64,000 nucleotides of DNA from Muribaculaceae bacterium (GTDB lineage: Bacteria; Bacteroidota; Bacteroidia; Bacteroidales; Muribaculaceae), in the NCBI GenBank assembly GCA_022508985.1, contig JAFLUA010000010.1:7476-71475 (forward strand), given 5' to 3'. The stretch's first letter is position 1. Each line of letters opens with the position of its first letter. The translations under genes and the position numbers were made by a program. Shown here in pieces: positions 1 to 9,487 of the stretch. The notes under the pieces are model-generated. The model saw nothing but the letters and a program-made list of their open reading frames with translations. It made no database searches and had not been told where the DNA came from.

Positions 1-481
1 CTTTTATGCCGAAAAGCGACCCAGAGCCCAATAATTCTCTAAAAAAGCCCACAATAACTAATATTATAGCATAGCCGATGCCATTGCCGATGCCGTCAAG
101 AAAAGATGGCCACGGACGGTTTGCCATAGCAAAAGCCTCAAGACGACCCATAAGGATGCAATTTGTAATTATGAGGCCTATAAAAACCGACAATTGCTTG
201 CTTACATTATATGCATAGGCTTGTAATAATTGCGACACAATAACGACAAGCGCCGCCACTACGACAAGTTGCACTATTATCCTTATGTTTGTAGGTATCG
301 TTTTGCGTATTAGCGATATTATAACGTTGCTAAAGGCAAGAACGGCAATAACGGATAGCCCCATCACTATAGCAGGCTCAAGTTTGGCTGTTACAGCAAG
401 AACGGAGCAAATACCCAGTATCTGCACTATCACCGGGTTATCTTTTGAAAACGGATTAAAGAAAACGTTTTTATTTGACAT
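1..481 (-). CDS. nqrD: Na+-translocating NADH:quinone oxidoreductase subunit D (N-terminal ~160 aa; gene runs off the window start)
   Basis: Not in the ORF track because there is no stop in the window. Reverse translation from ATG (cat at 479-481) gives [31 protein letters not shown]..., a polytopic NqrD/RnfE-like sequence. It starts 19 nt after the nqrC stop, in nqrABCD order. Confidence 0.85.
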   Translation of the reverse strand, partial: MSNKNVFFNPFSKDNPVIVQILGICSVLAVTAKLEPAIVMGLSVIAVLAFSNVIISLIRKTIPTNIRIIVQLVVVAALVVIVSQLLQAYAYNVSKQLSVFIGLIITNCILMGRLEAFAMANRPWPSFLDGIGNGIGYAIILVIVGFFRELLGSGSLFGIK

Positions 482-500
482 CATAGTGCTTTTTGAGTGA

Positions 501-1211
501 TTATTCTACCGATAAGCTTTCAAGAAAACCTGCGTATGGAGTAAGACAATTTTCTATCATTGAGCTAACGCCTTTACTCGTTATAGTTGCACCAGAAATA
601 CCATCAACATATTCTTGATTGCCCATGGGCTTTTTCCCGTTTTTAACAACGGCTACAGGTGTAAATGTGTGATTCTTTATTATTCGCTTGCCGATAAATC
701 GAGAGCCAAAATATTCATTTTCAATTTCAGCTCCAAGACCCGGCGTCTCGGATTGATGCGCAAAATAAGCGCCATAGATTGTTGAACCGTCTGCGTCAAC
801 TGAAATATAACCCCAAATAGGTCCCCACAGACCGGCGCCATACATTGGCACTATATATTTCAACGATCCATCATCGAGCCTACACTCGTAGATTGGCAGC
901 AAGCGTTTATCTTGCAATTCCTTGCTCTGCTTTGCTACATTTACATCAAAAGCTTTCACCTCTATATCAAGGCGTTTTCCGGTATTATCAATGATATAGC
1001 TATCGATGATATATTTTTCGTAATCGTTGAGTATATCTTTTTTCTCGGAAATAATGTTGACACTTGCCAATATTTGCCTCATCTTATCGGCATCGGCATT
1101 AACACGCTGCTTATCCTTTAGCGATATCGAGGTAAAAGCTAACGTTGCGCCTACAACAGTTACCAAAACTACTATATAAATAATAGTATAAATATTACCG
1201 TGTCTATTCAT
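501..1211 (-). CDS. nqrC: Na+-translocating NADH:quinone oxidoreductase subunit C
   Basis: ORF 501..1268 trimmed to the ATG at 1209-1211 ([17 protein letters not shown]..., one N-terminal TM). It has the FMN-attachment motif [12 protein letters not shown] and overlaps the nqrB stop by 8 nt. Confidence 0.85.
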   Translation of the reverse strand: MNRHGNIYTIIYIVVLVTVVGATLAFTSISLKDKQRVNADADKMRQILASVNIISEKKDILNDYEKYIIDSYIIDNTGKRLDIEVKAFDVNVAKQSKELQDKRLLPIYECRLDDGSLKYIVPMYGAGLWGPIWGYISVDADGSTIYGAYFAHQSETPGLGAEIENEYFGSRFIGKRIIKNHTFTPVAVVKNGKKPMGNQEYVDGISGATITSKGVSSMIENCLTPYAGFLESLSVE

Positions 1212-2427
1212 GGCTTGAAGATTTAGCTGAAAGGCGTCTTGTGCGACGTCGCATATTTGCATGCACAACGCAATAATCTATAAGCGGCGCGAAACAGTTC
1301 ATAAGCAGTACTGCTAACATGGCACCTTCGGGATATCCATTATTGTAAATACGGATGACTATGGCGAGCATGCCTATTAACAACCCATAAATATATTTCC
1401 CTACTTTTGTTCTGGCTCCTGTTACGGGATCGGTTGCCATAAACACTGCTGCGAAAGCAAAGCCTCCAAGCATTATTTGATCGAGAGGATTTACATAAGA
1501 AACCGGATATAGCGGTGTTGCAAATATATTGGCAATCCAACTCATAAATAGGCCTCCGACAAAAACCGATAGCATTACCCTCCAAGATGCCACTCCTGCT
1601 GCGAGCAAAATCAACGCCCCGATTAGAATGCATAACATGGAGGTTTCGCCAAATGAACCCGGTATCAAGCCTATGAATGATTGCCATGTGTCAATCAAAT
1701 GTCCGTCGATGCCCGACATGTTTATATTCGGTCCTTGCTGCGTTGCTATCTGTCCAAGTGGAGTTGCCCCCGTAAATGCATCAGATAGCGGTTCGCCAAA
1801 TCCGAATGGCGCATCTGTGGCTACATATACTTTATCGCCTGACATTTGGGCCGGATATGCAAAGAAAAGGAATGCCCTGGCAACAAGGGCTACGTTCCAT
1901 ATATTGTAGCCGGTGCCTCCAAAGACTTCTTTTGCAAAAATAACAGCAAAAGCCACTGCAATTGCAAGCATCCACAATGGCAACTCGGCCGGACAAATCA
2001 ACGGAATAAGGATGCCGGTTACAAGATATCCCTCCTGTATTTCTTCGCCTTTAATCTGCGCGGAGATAAACTCTATGCCAAGCCCGACAATATACGATAC
2101 GAGCAGTCGTGGTAATACTGTCAGAAATCCATAGCACAGCAGGCTCCAAAAGGGAAAATCATTATCGCCAAGAGCAAGCCAATGCTGGTAGCCCGTATTA
2201 TACATTCCAAAAAACAAACACGGTAACAAAGCCAGGACAACGATTATCATTGTGCGCTTGCTGTCGATGCTGTCGTGAATATGCACTGCCCCCGATATGG
2301 GCGACGTTGTGCGTGGTGTATATAAAAATGTTTCAAAGCCATCGTAAACCGATCGTAAAGCATGCAGCTTGCCACCGGGCTCGAACTTAGGCTTTATTTT
2401 ATCTAAATATTTACGTAAACTTGCCAA
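1204..2427 (-). CDS. nqrB: Na+-translocating NADH:quinone oxidoreductase subunit B
   Basis: 407-aa polytopic NqrB/RnfD-type protein (..FTGATPLG.., ..FMATDPVT..) located between nqrA and nqrC. Confidence 0.9.
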   Translation of the reverse strand: MASLRKYLDKIKPKFEPGGKLHALRSVYDGFETFLYTPRTTSPISGAVHIHDSIDSKRTMIIVVLALLPCLFFGMYNTGYQHWLALGDNDFPFWSLLCYGFLTVLPRLLVSYIVGLGIEFISAQIKGEEIQEGYLVTGILIPLICPAELPLWMLAIAVAFAVIFAKEVFGGTGYNIWNVALVARAFLFFAYPAQMSGDKVYVATDAPFGFGEPLSDAFTGATPLGQIATQQGPNINMSGIDGHLIDTWQSFIGLIPGSFGETSMLCILIGALILLAAGVASWRVMLSVFVGGLFMSWIANIFATPLYPVSYVNPLDQIMLGGFAFAAVFMATDPVTGARTKVGKYIYGLLIGMLAIVIRIYNNGYPEGAMLAVLLMNCFAPLIDYCVVHANMRRRTRRLSAKSSSHE

Positions 2428-2452
2428 AACGTTGTTATGTAATATCTTGTTT

Positions 2453-3796
2453 CTACTCTAATTCTTTGCGAAGATAGTCGAGGCCTTCGCGCACTATTGC
2501 CTGCAAAGGTAATTTTGACGTATCGACATACTCTGCCGCCGCAAAATCTTCGGGAGCTACTTCATATATTCCAAGTTTCTCCATATCTTCGATATTACGC
2601 GAGATTATAGCCTTGATGAGATATTCAGGGATAATATCGATGGGCACCACGCGCTCATATTCTCCGCTCATAATCATTGCCCTACGGCCGCCATTGAGAC
2701 GCGCATCAGGAGAAAACATGCGTTTTAAGAAGTGTCCGGGGAAGGTGCGACTCTGACTCATCTTTTTTGGCGATAACGAGGCCCAGCCCATAAATTCATC
2801 AACATCGTCGCCTTCGGCTATTATCGTTATTTGTCGATATGGATAGCGTATAAAGTCGTTGTGCATATCAACTGCTACTCCGGTAAACACATTGCCGGAA
2901 ATCACGCGATGATTTCTTCCATCTTCAGCAATATTATCACTCACAAATGCCTGTACAGGAGCTCCAAGTATTGATTTATACAAGGTTGGTTCTTTTACTT
3001 CCGGCCCTACACACGCAACAACTGCCGATGAATCGAAAACGCCATTTCTAAGAGTGCGTCCAATACGACCTAATGTCATAACATCGAGAGTCCATACCAC
3101 ATCGCCTTTGTCAATCGGTTTTATGTTAGCAATCTGGACGCCTACATTTCCAGATGGATATGGACCTTCGACAACGACATCTTCGGTCCCCTTGAGCGGT
3201 CCTAATTGCCACTCCTCATCACGACAGAAATAGATTTTACCGCTGGTCGTATGCGATAACAACTCTACGGCTTCTTCAAAATCGGACTTATCGTAAAGTT
3301 GCGTCGCTAAAAGGCTAAGTGACGGCGCTAATGGAGCATTATCAATCGCCGTTATAAAAATATCGCGAACCTCATCTCCAGGCCTCGGAATAATATCGTA
3401 GGGGCGACGACGTAAAAAAACCAACAGACCCGACTCTGCCAAAAAATTTATGGCGGTAGTATGGTCTTTTGGTCTATCGAAAGTTTGGGCCGTCGTTTCA
3501 ACTTGCGCTCGAGCTACCTCTACTCGCATTATTTTGCGACGCTCACCACGCACTATAGCTTTTACGGTGCCTGATATGGGTGATACTATCTTTGTATCGG
3601 GATTTTCTTTATCAAATAGCAATGGAGAACCAACAGCAACGACATCACCTTCTTTAACCGCTACTTTCGGTGTAAAACCCGGAAAGTCATCAGGTACTAC
3701 GGCAAAAATACCGGCGTCGACCTCTTGTGCTTCCGCTCCCGATTTAAGCGCACCTTTTATGTTAAGGCTCAGTCCTTTTCGGAGTTTCAGTTTCAT
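2453..3796 (-). CDS. nqrA: Na+-translocating NADH:quinone oxidoreductase subunit A
   Basis: ORF 2453..3892 trimmed to the internal ATG (MKLKLRKGLSLNIKG...), the typical NqrA N-terminus. First gene of the nqr operon. Confidence 0.9.
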   Translation of the reverse strand: MKLKLRKGLSLNIKGALKSGAEAQEVDAGIFAVVPDDFPGFTPKVAVKEGDVVAVGSPLLFDKENPDTKIVSPISGTVKAIVRGERRKIMRVEVARAQVETTAQTFDRPKDHTTAINFLAESGLLVFLRRRPYDIIPRPGDEVRDIFITAIDNAPLAPSLSLLATQLYDKSDFEEAVELLSHTTSGKIYFCRDEEWQLGPLKGTEDVVVEGPYPSGNVGVQIANIKPIDKGDVVWTLDVMTLGRIGRTLRNGVFDSSAVVACVGPEVKEPTLYKSILGAPVQAFVSDNIAEDGRNHRVISGNVFTGVAVDMHNDFIRYPYRQITIIAEGDDVDEFMGWASLSPKKMSQSRTFPGHFLKRMFSPDARLNGGRRAMIMSGEYERVVPIDIIPEYLIKAIISRNIEDMEKLGIYEVAPEDFAAAEYVDTSKLPLQAIVREGLDYLRKELE

Positions 3797-4094
3797 AGTT
3801 GATTCTAAGGAATAACAAAATACCCACAAAGATAGACATTTTTTGCCAAAATTCCCTAAAAATCTAACTCCACAACCCCGGATAATTAACACAAAATAAC
3901 ACTTAACGATTAATCCCGCCCTTGAAAGTATACACTTATGTAAACGATGGGAAGCCTGGTATGACTGTTAAATGTTGATATTCAATCCGAACTGGGTATA
4001 TAAACTCAAGATATCGCTTTTATTCATTAGATTTACATTATAATTTTAAAATTAAGAAGTTCACATTCTAATGAATAAGTAGGTAATCGAAGTC

Positions 4095-4167
4095 AAAAAT
4101 GAGATAGAACTTTCCGTAAAAGCCAACTATCAGTGCCTAAATAAACGGATTATTCTATCTCATTTTT
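4095..4167 (-). terminator. Long hairpin: 15-bp perfect inverted repeat (AAAAATGAGATAGAA / TTCTATCTCATTTTT) with an inner 5-bp stem, directly downstream of the 4174..5373 gene
   Basis: Arms at 4095-4109 and 4153-4167 read directly from the sequence, with A/T runs on both sides. The 43-nt spacer is unusually large for an intrinsic terminator. Confidence 0.4.
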
Positions 4168-4173
4168 AAGTTT

Positions 4174-5373
4174 TTAGTAGTTTTTTCGACAAGACTTGAA
4201 AATATTTACAACCTTTTCAAATTCCTCTGCGCCAATACAGTTTGGAGAGATATATTGTGAACGATAGGTATTTGGCAAGTGAGTAATAATCCTCCCGTCA
4301 CTTTCGAGTGATGTCCATTTGTTACCAAGAAATTCTTTCCATAAACTTATCGCTCTTGGAACAATAAAGATTGTTTCGGGGTTGTTTAGCCTTATGTAAT
4401 CTATTAGCCTTCGAGTGAAAATCTGAGACGGCAGAATGACACCTTTCTTTAAAGGAGCATAATTAACCGAGGAATAAGGGATATATTGGATTACGGCAAT
4501 ATTGTCGTAAACGGTTTCCTCATCCACTCCTGCATCTGTTAAGAAGTGAAGGCGATTCTTCCAATACCAGTCGCCCATTGCGTTGTAAGCATCGCGAGCA
4601 GAAAAGCCGAGATACTTATTCCAGTCTTCAGGCATAAAGCTGTGAGATTCCAATCGATAGGTATCACGGAAAAATCCCATAACCTCTTCTGCTATGCGAG
4701 GTTCGCGTTGAAGCATCTGAGGAATAATTCTTCCGGCAGGTTCTACCCATCCCGGATTTTGACTTAATACAATAACTTTGGCCTCAAGTGGATTGCCAAG
4801 CCAGGGATAAGGAACAGTATTCAACACGAATTGTTCGTTCTCTTTATGAGTGGCATTGAACTCGTGTACGAAGTCTTCGTCGCCGGGATAGATATATTCT
4901 TTCCCGGTGGTATCATACAGAGCATCGTTACCATGAAATTCGGCAACTACAGTTTCCCAACCATTGGTTTTTTTGAGGTCTTGAACAGTTTGTTTCATAG
5001 GGTCTTTTAAATAATGAGGTTTTGAAATATCGTTAGGTAGATGATAATATCGTAAGAGATGCGAGAACAACTCATCTATAATTCTGTCGGTTGTCCAATA
5101 CTTGTGCATGGACTCGACAGTATCTATTCGTCCTCCCCATAGTTCTGCAAGAAGAATATTAAGAGTACGTTTAACATCGTCTTCCACTACTGATAAGTGC
5201 TCGCGGTATGTGGCATGAATTTCAGATCGGACATCATAACCTTTTGTGAGCAAATAGCCTATATCAAGCAACTTGTTTTCTTTAGTGTTGTAAGTAAACT
5301 CCGTACCTATCCAATCAAAATAGGTCCTTCGGCTATATGGAAATCCATGTTCATAAATTCTTTTATAATCCAT
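4174..5373 (-). CDS. Hypothetical protein (orphan, 399 aa); the C-terminal half has tentative UDG-superfamily-like motifs
   Basis: Long ORF in an AT-rich islet with a TATATTTG -7-like box about 30 nt upstream on the minus strand (5405-5412). Motifs KVIVLSQNPGW and VIQYIPYSS lie about 95 aa apart. No family confidently recognised. Confidence 0.6.
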   Translation of the reverse strand: MDYKRIYEHGFPYSRRTYFDWIGTEFTYNTKENKLLDIGYLLTKGYDVRSEIHATYREHLSVVEDDVKRTLNILLAELWGGRIDTVESMHKYWTTDRIIDELFSHLLRYYHLPNDISKPHYLKDPMKQTVQDLKKTNGWETVVAEFHGNDALYDTTGKEYIYPGDEDFVHEFNATHKENEQFVLNTVPYPWLGNPLEAKVIVLSQNPGWVEPAGRIIPQMLQREPRIAEEVMGFFRDTYRLESHSFMPEDWNKYLGFSARDAYNAMGDWYWKNRLHFLTDAGVDEETVYDNIAVIQYIPYSSVNYAPLKKGVILPSQIFTRRLIDYIRLNNPETIFIVPRAISLWKEFLGNKWTSLESDGRIITHLPNTYRSQYISPNCIGAEEFEKVVNIFKSCRKNY

Positions 5374-6068
5374 CTTTATATGCTTTAATTGTTATAATAA
5401 TACTTTGCAAATATAGCCGCCATATGTCGCAAAATTCAATACATGTTGAATTATATGAATACGATTGTATAACCTGCCGGCTATAAGTATGCACGTATCC
5501 ATAGATGGCGTTTCACAGACCTAACTCCATCTAATGATAGATTACAAATGGTAAATTTTGCTAATTGTCTCATATGGCGATTTTTACAAGAGTTCTCTTA
5601 GGCTACCAATCGGAGATTTTTTTAACTTGAGTTATATATACAAAAGCGGGTTGCCATCCTTGCACTCTTGAAGGTATCGCCAAACACCTGAACACTGCAC
5701 GGAGTAGCAACCCTATTTTTATAGAGTTACTTCCGCGCCTTATGTGTTCTTTGTTAAACTGGCGATTTATCAAGAGTTAAGGCACGTTTTCATTATTTCA
5801 TTAACCGTCTACTCTAAGACAATGCAAAAATAATAAGAATTCTTAGATTTGCTATAATTTCGTGCCTTTTGTTTTTTATATTTATCGTTAGAGCCATTTC
5901 GCAATATGATTTCATAATACAGTCGTAATTTTACGGTGACTTAATTTATTTGATAACGCCCGATTATGTCTCGGAAAGATTGAAATCGCAGATATCCATA
6001 ATCTTTTATTTTGTTTTCTATCAAAAAAGAATTAATTTTGTTGCATTATTAATTGAAAATATAGAATT

Positions 6069-6518
6069 ATGAATGTTGATTTTATCACGGCTATTAAAAT
6101 GTATTTTGCAAATTATGCAAATTTCAATGGCCGTTCTACACGCGCCGAATATTGGTGGGCAATGCTTTTTACATTCCTTGTTGGCGCTATTCTTGGATAC
6201 ATAGGCTCGAAATGGCTTGAATCCCTTGTTTCGTTGCTATTAATAGTCCCCACCTACGCTGTTATGACTCGTCGTTTTCACGACATCGGTAAAAGCGGTT
6301 GGTGGGTCCTAAAACTTGCTGTTATTGGGGCCATTGCGGGGCTACTTATCGGCCTTTCAATCGTGCTTATGATCAAAAGTGCCGTCTTGGGAATTATCTT
6401 TTTGGTTTTCGGAATCGCTATCTGTATTGCCGTAGCTGCTGTTCAGATTATTTGGCTATGTAAGCCGAGCGTGCCTGACAATGAATATGGACCATGTCCC
6501 TACCCCGACGAATTGTGA
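6069..6518 (+). CDS. DUF805-family inner-membrane protein (YhaH/YhaI-like)
   Basis: GRSTRAEYWW and RRFHDIGKSGWW motifs plus 3-4 TM helices. Confidence 0.8.
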   Translation: MNVDFITAIKMYFANYANFNGRSTRAEYWWAMLFTFLVGAILGYIGSKWLESLVSLLLIVPTYAVMTRRFHDIGKSGWWVLKLAVIGAIAGLLIGLSIVLMIKSAVLGIIFLVFGIAICIAVAAVQIIWLCKPSVPDNEYGPCPYPDEL

Positions 6519-7669
6519 TTAATGCTCTAAAATCGATATACCTATTAGCCCCGGGAGTAGTAATGCTTTTGGGGCTTTGTTCATGCGCTAATCACGGGAC
6601 AGACACTTCACAATCAGCAGTAATACAAATTGCAGATACCATCACTCATCATGCCGAGTATCTTGATATTTATGATAGTGTAGATGGTACAACTTTCATC
6701 GACATCAAAGACCCGTGGAACGATGGCAACTTCCTTGGCCGATATGCCCTTGTAAACAAAGATTCTACCATACCAAATAATATATCGGATAATTATGTTA
6801 TTATCCGCACGCCGGTCGAACGCATAGCTGCTTATTCTGCAATACACACCCAGGCCTTAGACGAACTTGGAGCCATTGGCAACCTCGTTGCTGTTGCCGA
6901 TGCTATCTATTTTCCATCGACCGACACTATCAGTGCCCTGCTCCGCTCCGGGGAAATTGTAGATGTTGGATCATCGCAAGCTCCTTCGGTTGAAAAACTT
7001 GCAATGCAACGGGTTGATCTTGTGCTCAGGTCGCCCATGCAAGGCATTATAGCGCCCAAATTGCCATCTACAATAGTCCCGATTGAGTGTGCCGATTATC
7101 TCGAGACAACACCTATTGGTCGCGCCGAATGGATTTTACTGCTTGGTGAAATATGTGATAAGCGCGATGTCGCGTCGCAAATTTTCAAAAACGTAGAAGC
7201 TCGGTATTTATCTCTTTGCGAGCGCGCAAAGGCGTCGTCATTATCAAACCCTAAAGTCATTACCGAATATGAGCAATCAGGTATTTGGTATGTACCTGCA
7301 GGAGAAAGCTATATGGCTCGCTTGCTCATTGATGCCGGAGCTGAATACCCTTGGGAAAACACCAGCGGGTCAGGCTCTTTGCCTCTCAGTTTTGAGAAGG
7401 TTGCGGAAAAAGCTATAGATGCCGACATCTGGCTATTGAGAACTTTTGGGTATACGCCCGACACACACTCGCTCATGGCTCAAAACGCTAAATATCGTAT
7501 GTTTAAGGCCGTCAAAAACAATGCCGTCTATGGTTGCGACACATCTGTAAAACCACTATTTAATGACTTGGCGTTTCATCCTGAACTAATATTGGCCGAT
7601 TACGTTGCAATTTTTCATCCCGATGTCATGCCCGGATATGAATTAAGGTATTTTTCAAAATCTAAGTGA
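6494..7669 (+). CDS. ABC transporter substrate-binding lipoprotein (iron-siderophore/cobalamin/heme type, BtuF/FhuD-like)
   Basis: Lipoprotein signal (..VMLLGLCSC). Lies upstream of FecCD-type permease and ATPase genes with overlapping or adjacent stop-start junctions. Confidence 0.8.
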   Translation: MSLPRRIVINALKSIYLLAPGVVMLLGLCSCANHGTDTSQSAVIQIADTITHHAEYLDIYDSVDGTTFIDIKDPWNDGNFLGRYALVNKDSTIPNNISDNYVIIRTPVERIAAYSAIHTQALDELGAIGNLVAVADAIYFPSTDTISALLRSGEIVDVGSSQAPSVEKLAMQRVDLVLRSPMQGIIAPKLPSTIVPIECADYLETTPIGRAEWILLLGEICDKRDVASQIFKNVEARYLSLCERAKASSLSNPKVITEYEQSGIWYVPAGESYMARLLIDAGAEYPWENTSGSGSLPLSFEKVAEKAIDADIWLLRTFGYTPDTHSLMAQNAKYRMFKAVKNNAVYGCDTSVKPLFNDLAFHPELILADYVAIFHPDVMPGYELRYFSKSK

Positions 7670-8697
7670 TGAAAAAACGGCACCATATAATACTATTAAT
7701 GCTTTGTGTACTCTCACTGGTTCTATTGCCAATAGGTCTGGTCGTTGGCGGTGTGCAATTTTCTGTGCACGACGTATTTAAGGTGTTATGTGGCAACTAC
7801 GGCGGTCAAAATGCCGAGATAGCACATTTTATAATCATAGAAAGCCGATTGCCGGCATTGATAACGGCATTTTTAGGGTGCGCCGCATTGTCTGTTGCAG
7901 GACTTATTATGCAGACTTGCTTTAACAACCCATTGGCAGGACCTTCCATTATGGGTATATCTTCGGGCGCAAGCCTTGGCGCGGCGTTAGTCATTATGCT
8001 AATGAGCGGAATAATAAGCACATGGGGCAATATTGCTATTATCATTGGTGCTACTGTTGGTGCAATGATTATACTTGGAATAATCGTGCTTTTTTCCGGT
8101 ATCGTAAAAACATCGGAAGTACTTTTAATCGTCGGTATACTAATAGGTTATCTCACAAACTCCGTCATATCCCTATTAAACTTTTTCTCAAGTGATAGCG
8201 CTGTACATTCATTTGTAATATGGGGCTTGGGCACGTTTTCGGCTGTTGGCACTGATAAACTTGCAATATTCTGCACCCTTTCTATATTGATGATATTGAG
8301 TTCGATGCTATATGCTAAGAGTTTGAACGCGATGCTTTTCGGAGAGCGATTTGCCCAAAACGTGGGAGTTTCGACTGCAAAAACACGCACTGCCCTCCTT
8401 TTCATCGCCGGAGCTTTGACTGCAGTAGTTACTGCCTGGTGTGGCCCTATAGGCTTCATAGGTCTTGTAGTGCCACACATTTCGCGTTTGATAATGGCAA
8501 GCTCTAATCATCGCATTTTACTACCCGCCACAGCATTATGCGGAGGCCTCATTGGACTTGTCTGCCAGATAGTATCGGTATGTCCGACCTTCAGCACCGG
8601 TGCTACAATACCGATTAATGCCATAACACCTTTTATCGGTGTACCTGTTATACTCTATGTTCTGATACATAGAAAGAAATTACTATATTTCAATTAA
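7666..8697 (+). CDS. Iron-chelate/cobalamin ABC transporter permease (FecCD/BtuC family)
   Basis: 343-aa polytopic protein with FecCD-like sequence throughout. 4-nt overlap with the upstream gene. Confidence 0.9.
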   Translation: MMKKRHHIILLMLCVLSLVLLPIGLVVGGVQFSVHDVFKVLCGNYGGQNAEIAHFIIIESRLPALITAFLGCAALSVAGLIMQTCFNNPLAGPSIMGISSGASLGAALVIMLMSGIISTWGNIAIIIGATVGAMIILGIIVLFSGIVKTSEVLLIVGILIGYLTNSVISLLNFFSSDSAVHSFVIWGLGTFSAVGTDKLAIFCTLSILMILSSMLYAKSLNAMLFGERFAQNVGVSTAKTRTALLFIAGALTAVVTAWCGPIGFIGLVVPHISRLIMASSNHRILLPATALCGGLIGLVCQIVSVCPTFSTGATIPINAITPFIGVPVILYVLIHRKKLLYFN

Positions 8698-8701
8698 CAC
8701 A

Positions 8702-9487
8702 ATGGAGAAGCACAGCATAATCAGCGTAAAGTTTTTGGCAGTGGGCTACGGTAAAAATATCGTGCTCTCCGACATTAATTTTTCCCTTAATGCCGGCAGC
8801 TTATCGGTGCTTATCGGTGCTAATGGTAGTGGCAAATCAACACTTTTAAGAAGCATATCAGGCATTTCTGCGCCTATTCGTGGAGAAATCGAAATATGCG
8901 GCAAAAATATTGAAACATTCCGCCGCCGCGAATTGGCAAAAACTATGGCCGTTGTTTTTACCGATCGCAATGGCGGTGGGGCCCTAACCGTCTCTGAATG
9001 CGTAGCCTTGGGCCGCCATCCTCATACCGGGCCTTTCGGACGGCTCGATAGTGAAGATAAAGATATTATCGCTAAGGCTATCGACGATGTCGGACTTGAA
9101 CACAAATCATCAAGCTACTTGGGGGCGTTGAGCGACGGCGAGCGCCAGAAAGCTATGATTGCCCGTGCATTAGCCCAACAAACACCACTAATAGTTTTAG
9201 ATGAACCTACGGCCTTCTTAGACGTTGCAGGGCGTCTCGAAATTATGCAATTATTGCATCGTCTGGCTGCAAACGGAAACACTATATTATTGTCATCACA
9301 CGATATCGCTTCGGCTATTGCTGTGGCCGATTCGCTGCTCGTAATAGATTCGCTGCATCACACTGTAATTTCCGATAATAAAGACAAAATAATAGCCTCC
9401 GGAGCTATGGATAAAGCTTTTCCGGAGGCTAATTTAAGGTTTGATGTAGAACGAGGCGATTTTATTGCCTTGCAATCTTATAAATAG
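8702..9487 (+). CDS. ABC transporter ATP-binding protein (FepC/BtuD-like)
   Basis: Walker A GANGSGKST, signature LSDGERQ, Walker B LIVLDEPT. Confidence 0.9.
   Translation: MEKHSIISVKFLAVGYGKNIVLSDINFSLNAGSLSVLIGANGSGKSTLLRSISGISAPIRGEIEICGKNIETFRRRELAKTMAVVFTDRNGGGALTVSECVALGRHPHTGPFGRLDSEDKDIIAKAIDDVGLEHKSSSYLGALSDGERQKAMIARALAQQTPLIVLDEPTAFLDVAGRLEIMQLLHRLAANGNTILLSSHDIASAIAVADSLLVIDSLHHTVISDNKDKIIASGAMDKAFPEANLRFDVERGDFIALQSYK

Noticed and set aside
285-500. Plus-strand 71-aa ORF at the window start.
   Set aside because: It lies antisense inside nqrD, whose minus-strand translation is an unmistakable NqrD/RnfE-type membrane protein.
5560-6068. Cobalamin or another riboswitch upstream of the BtuF/FecCD-type ABC transporter genes.
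   Set aside because: I could not find a B12-box-like core or another riboswitch consensus I recognise, and a DUF805 gene intervenes. The region is left as an unexplained structured or repeat region.
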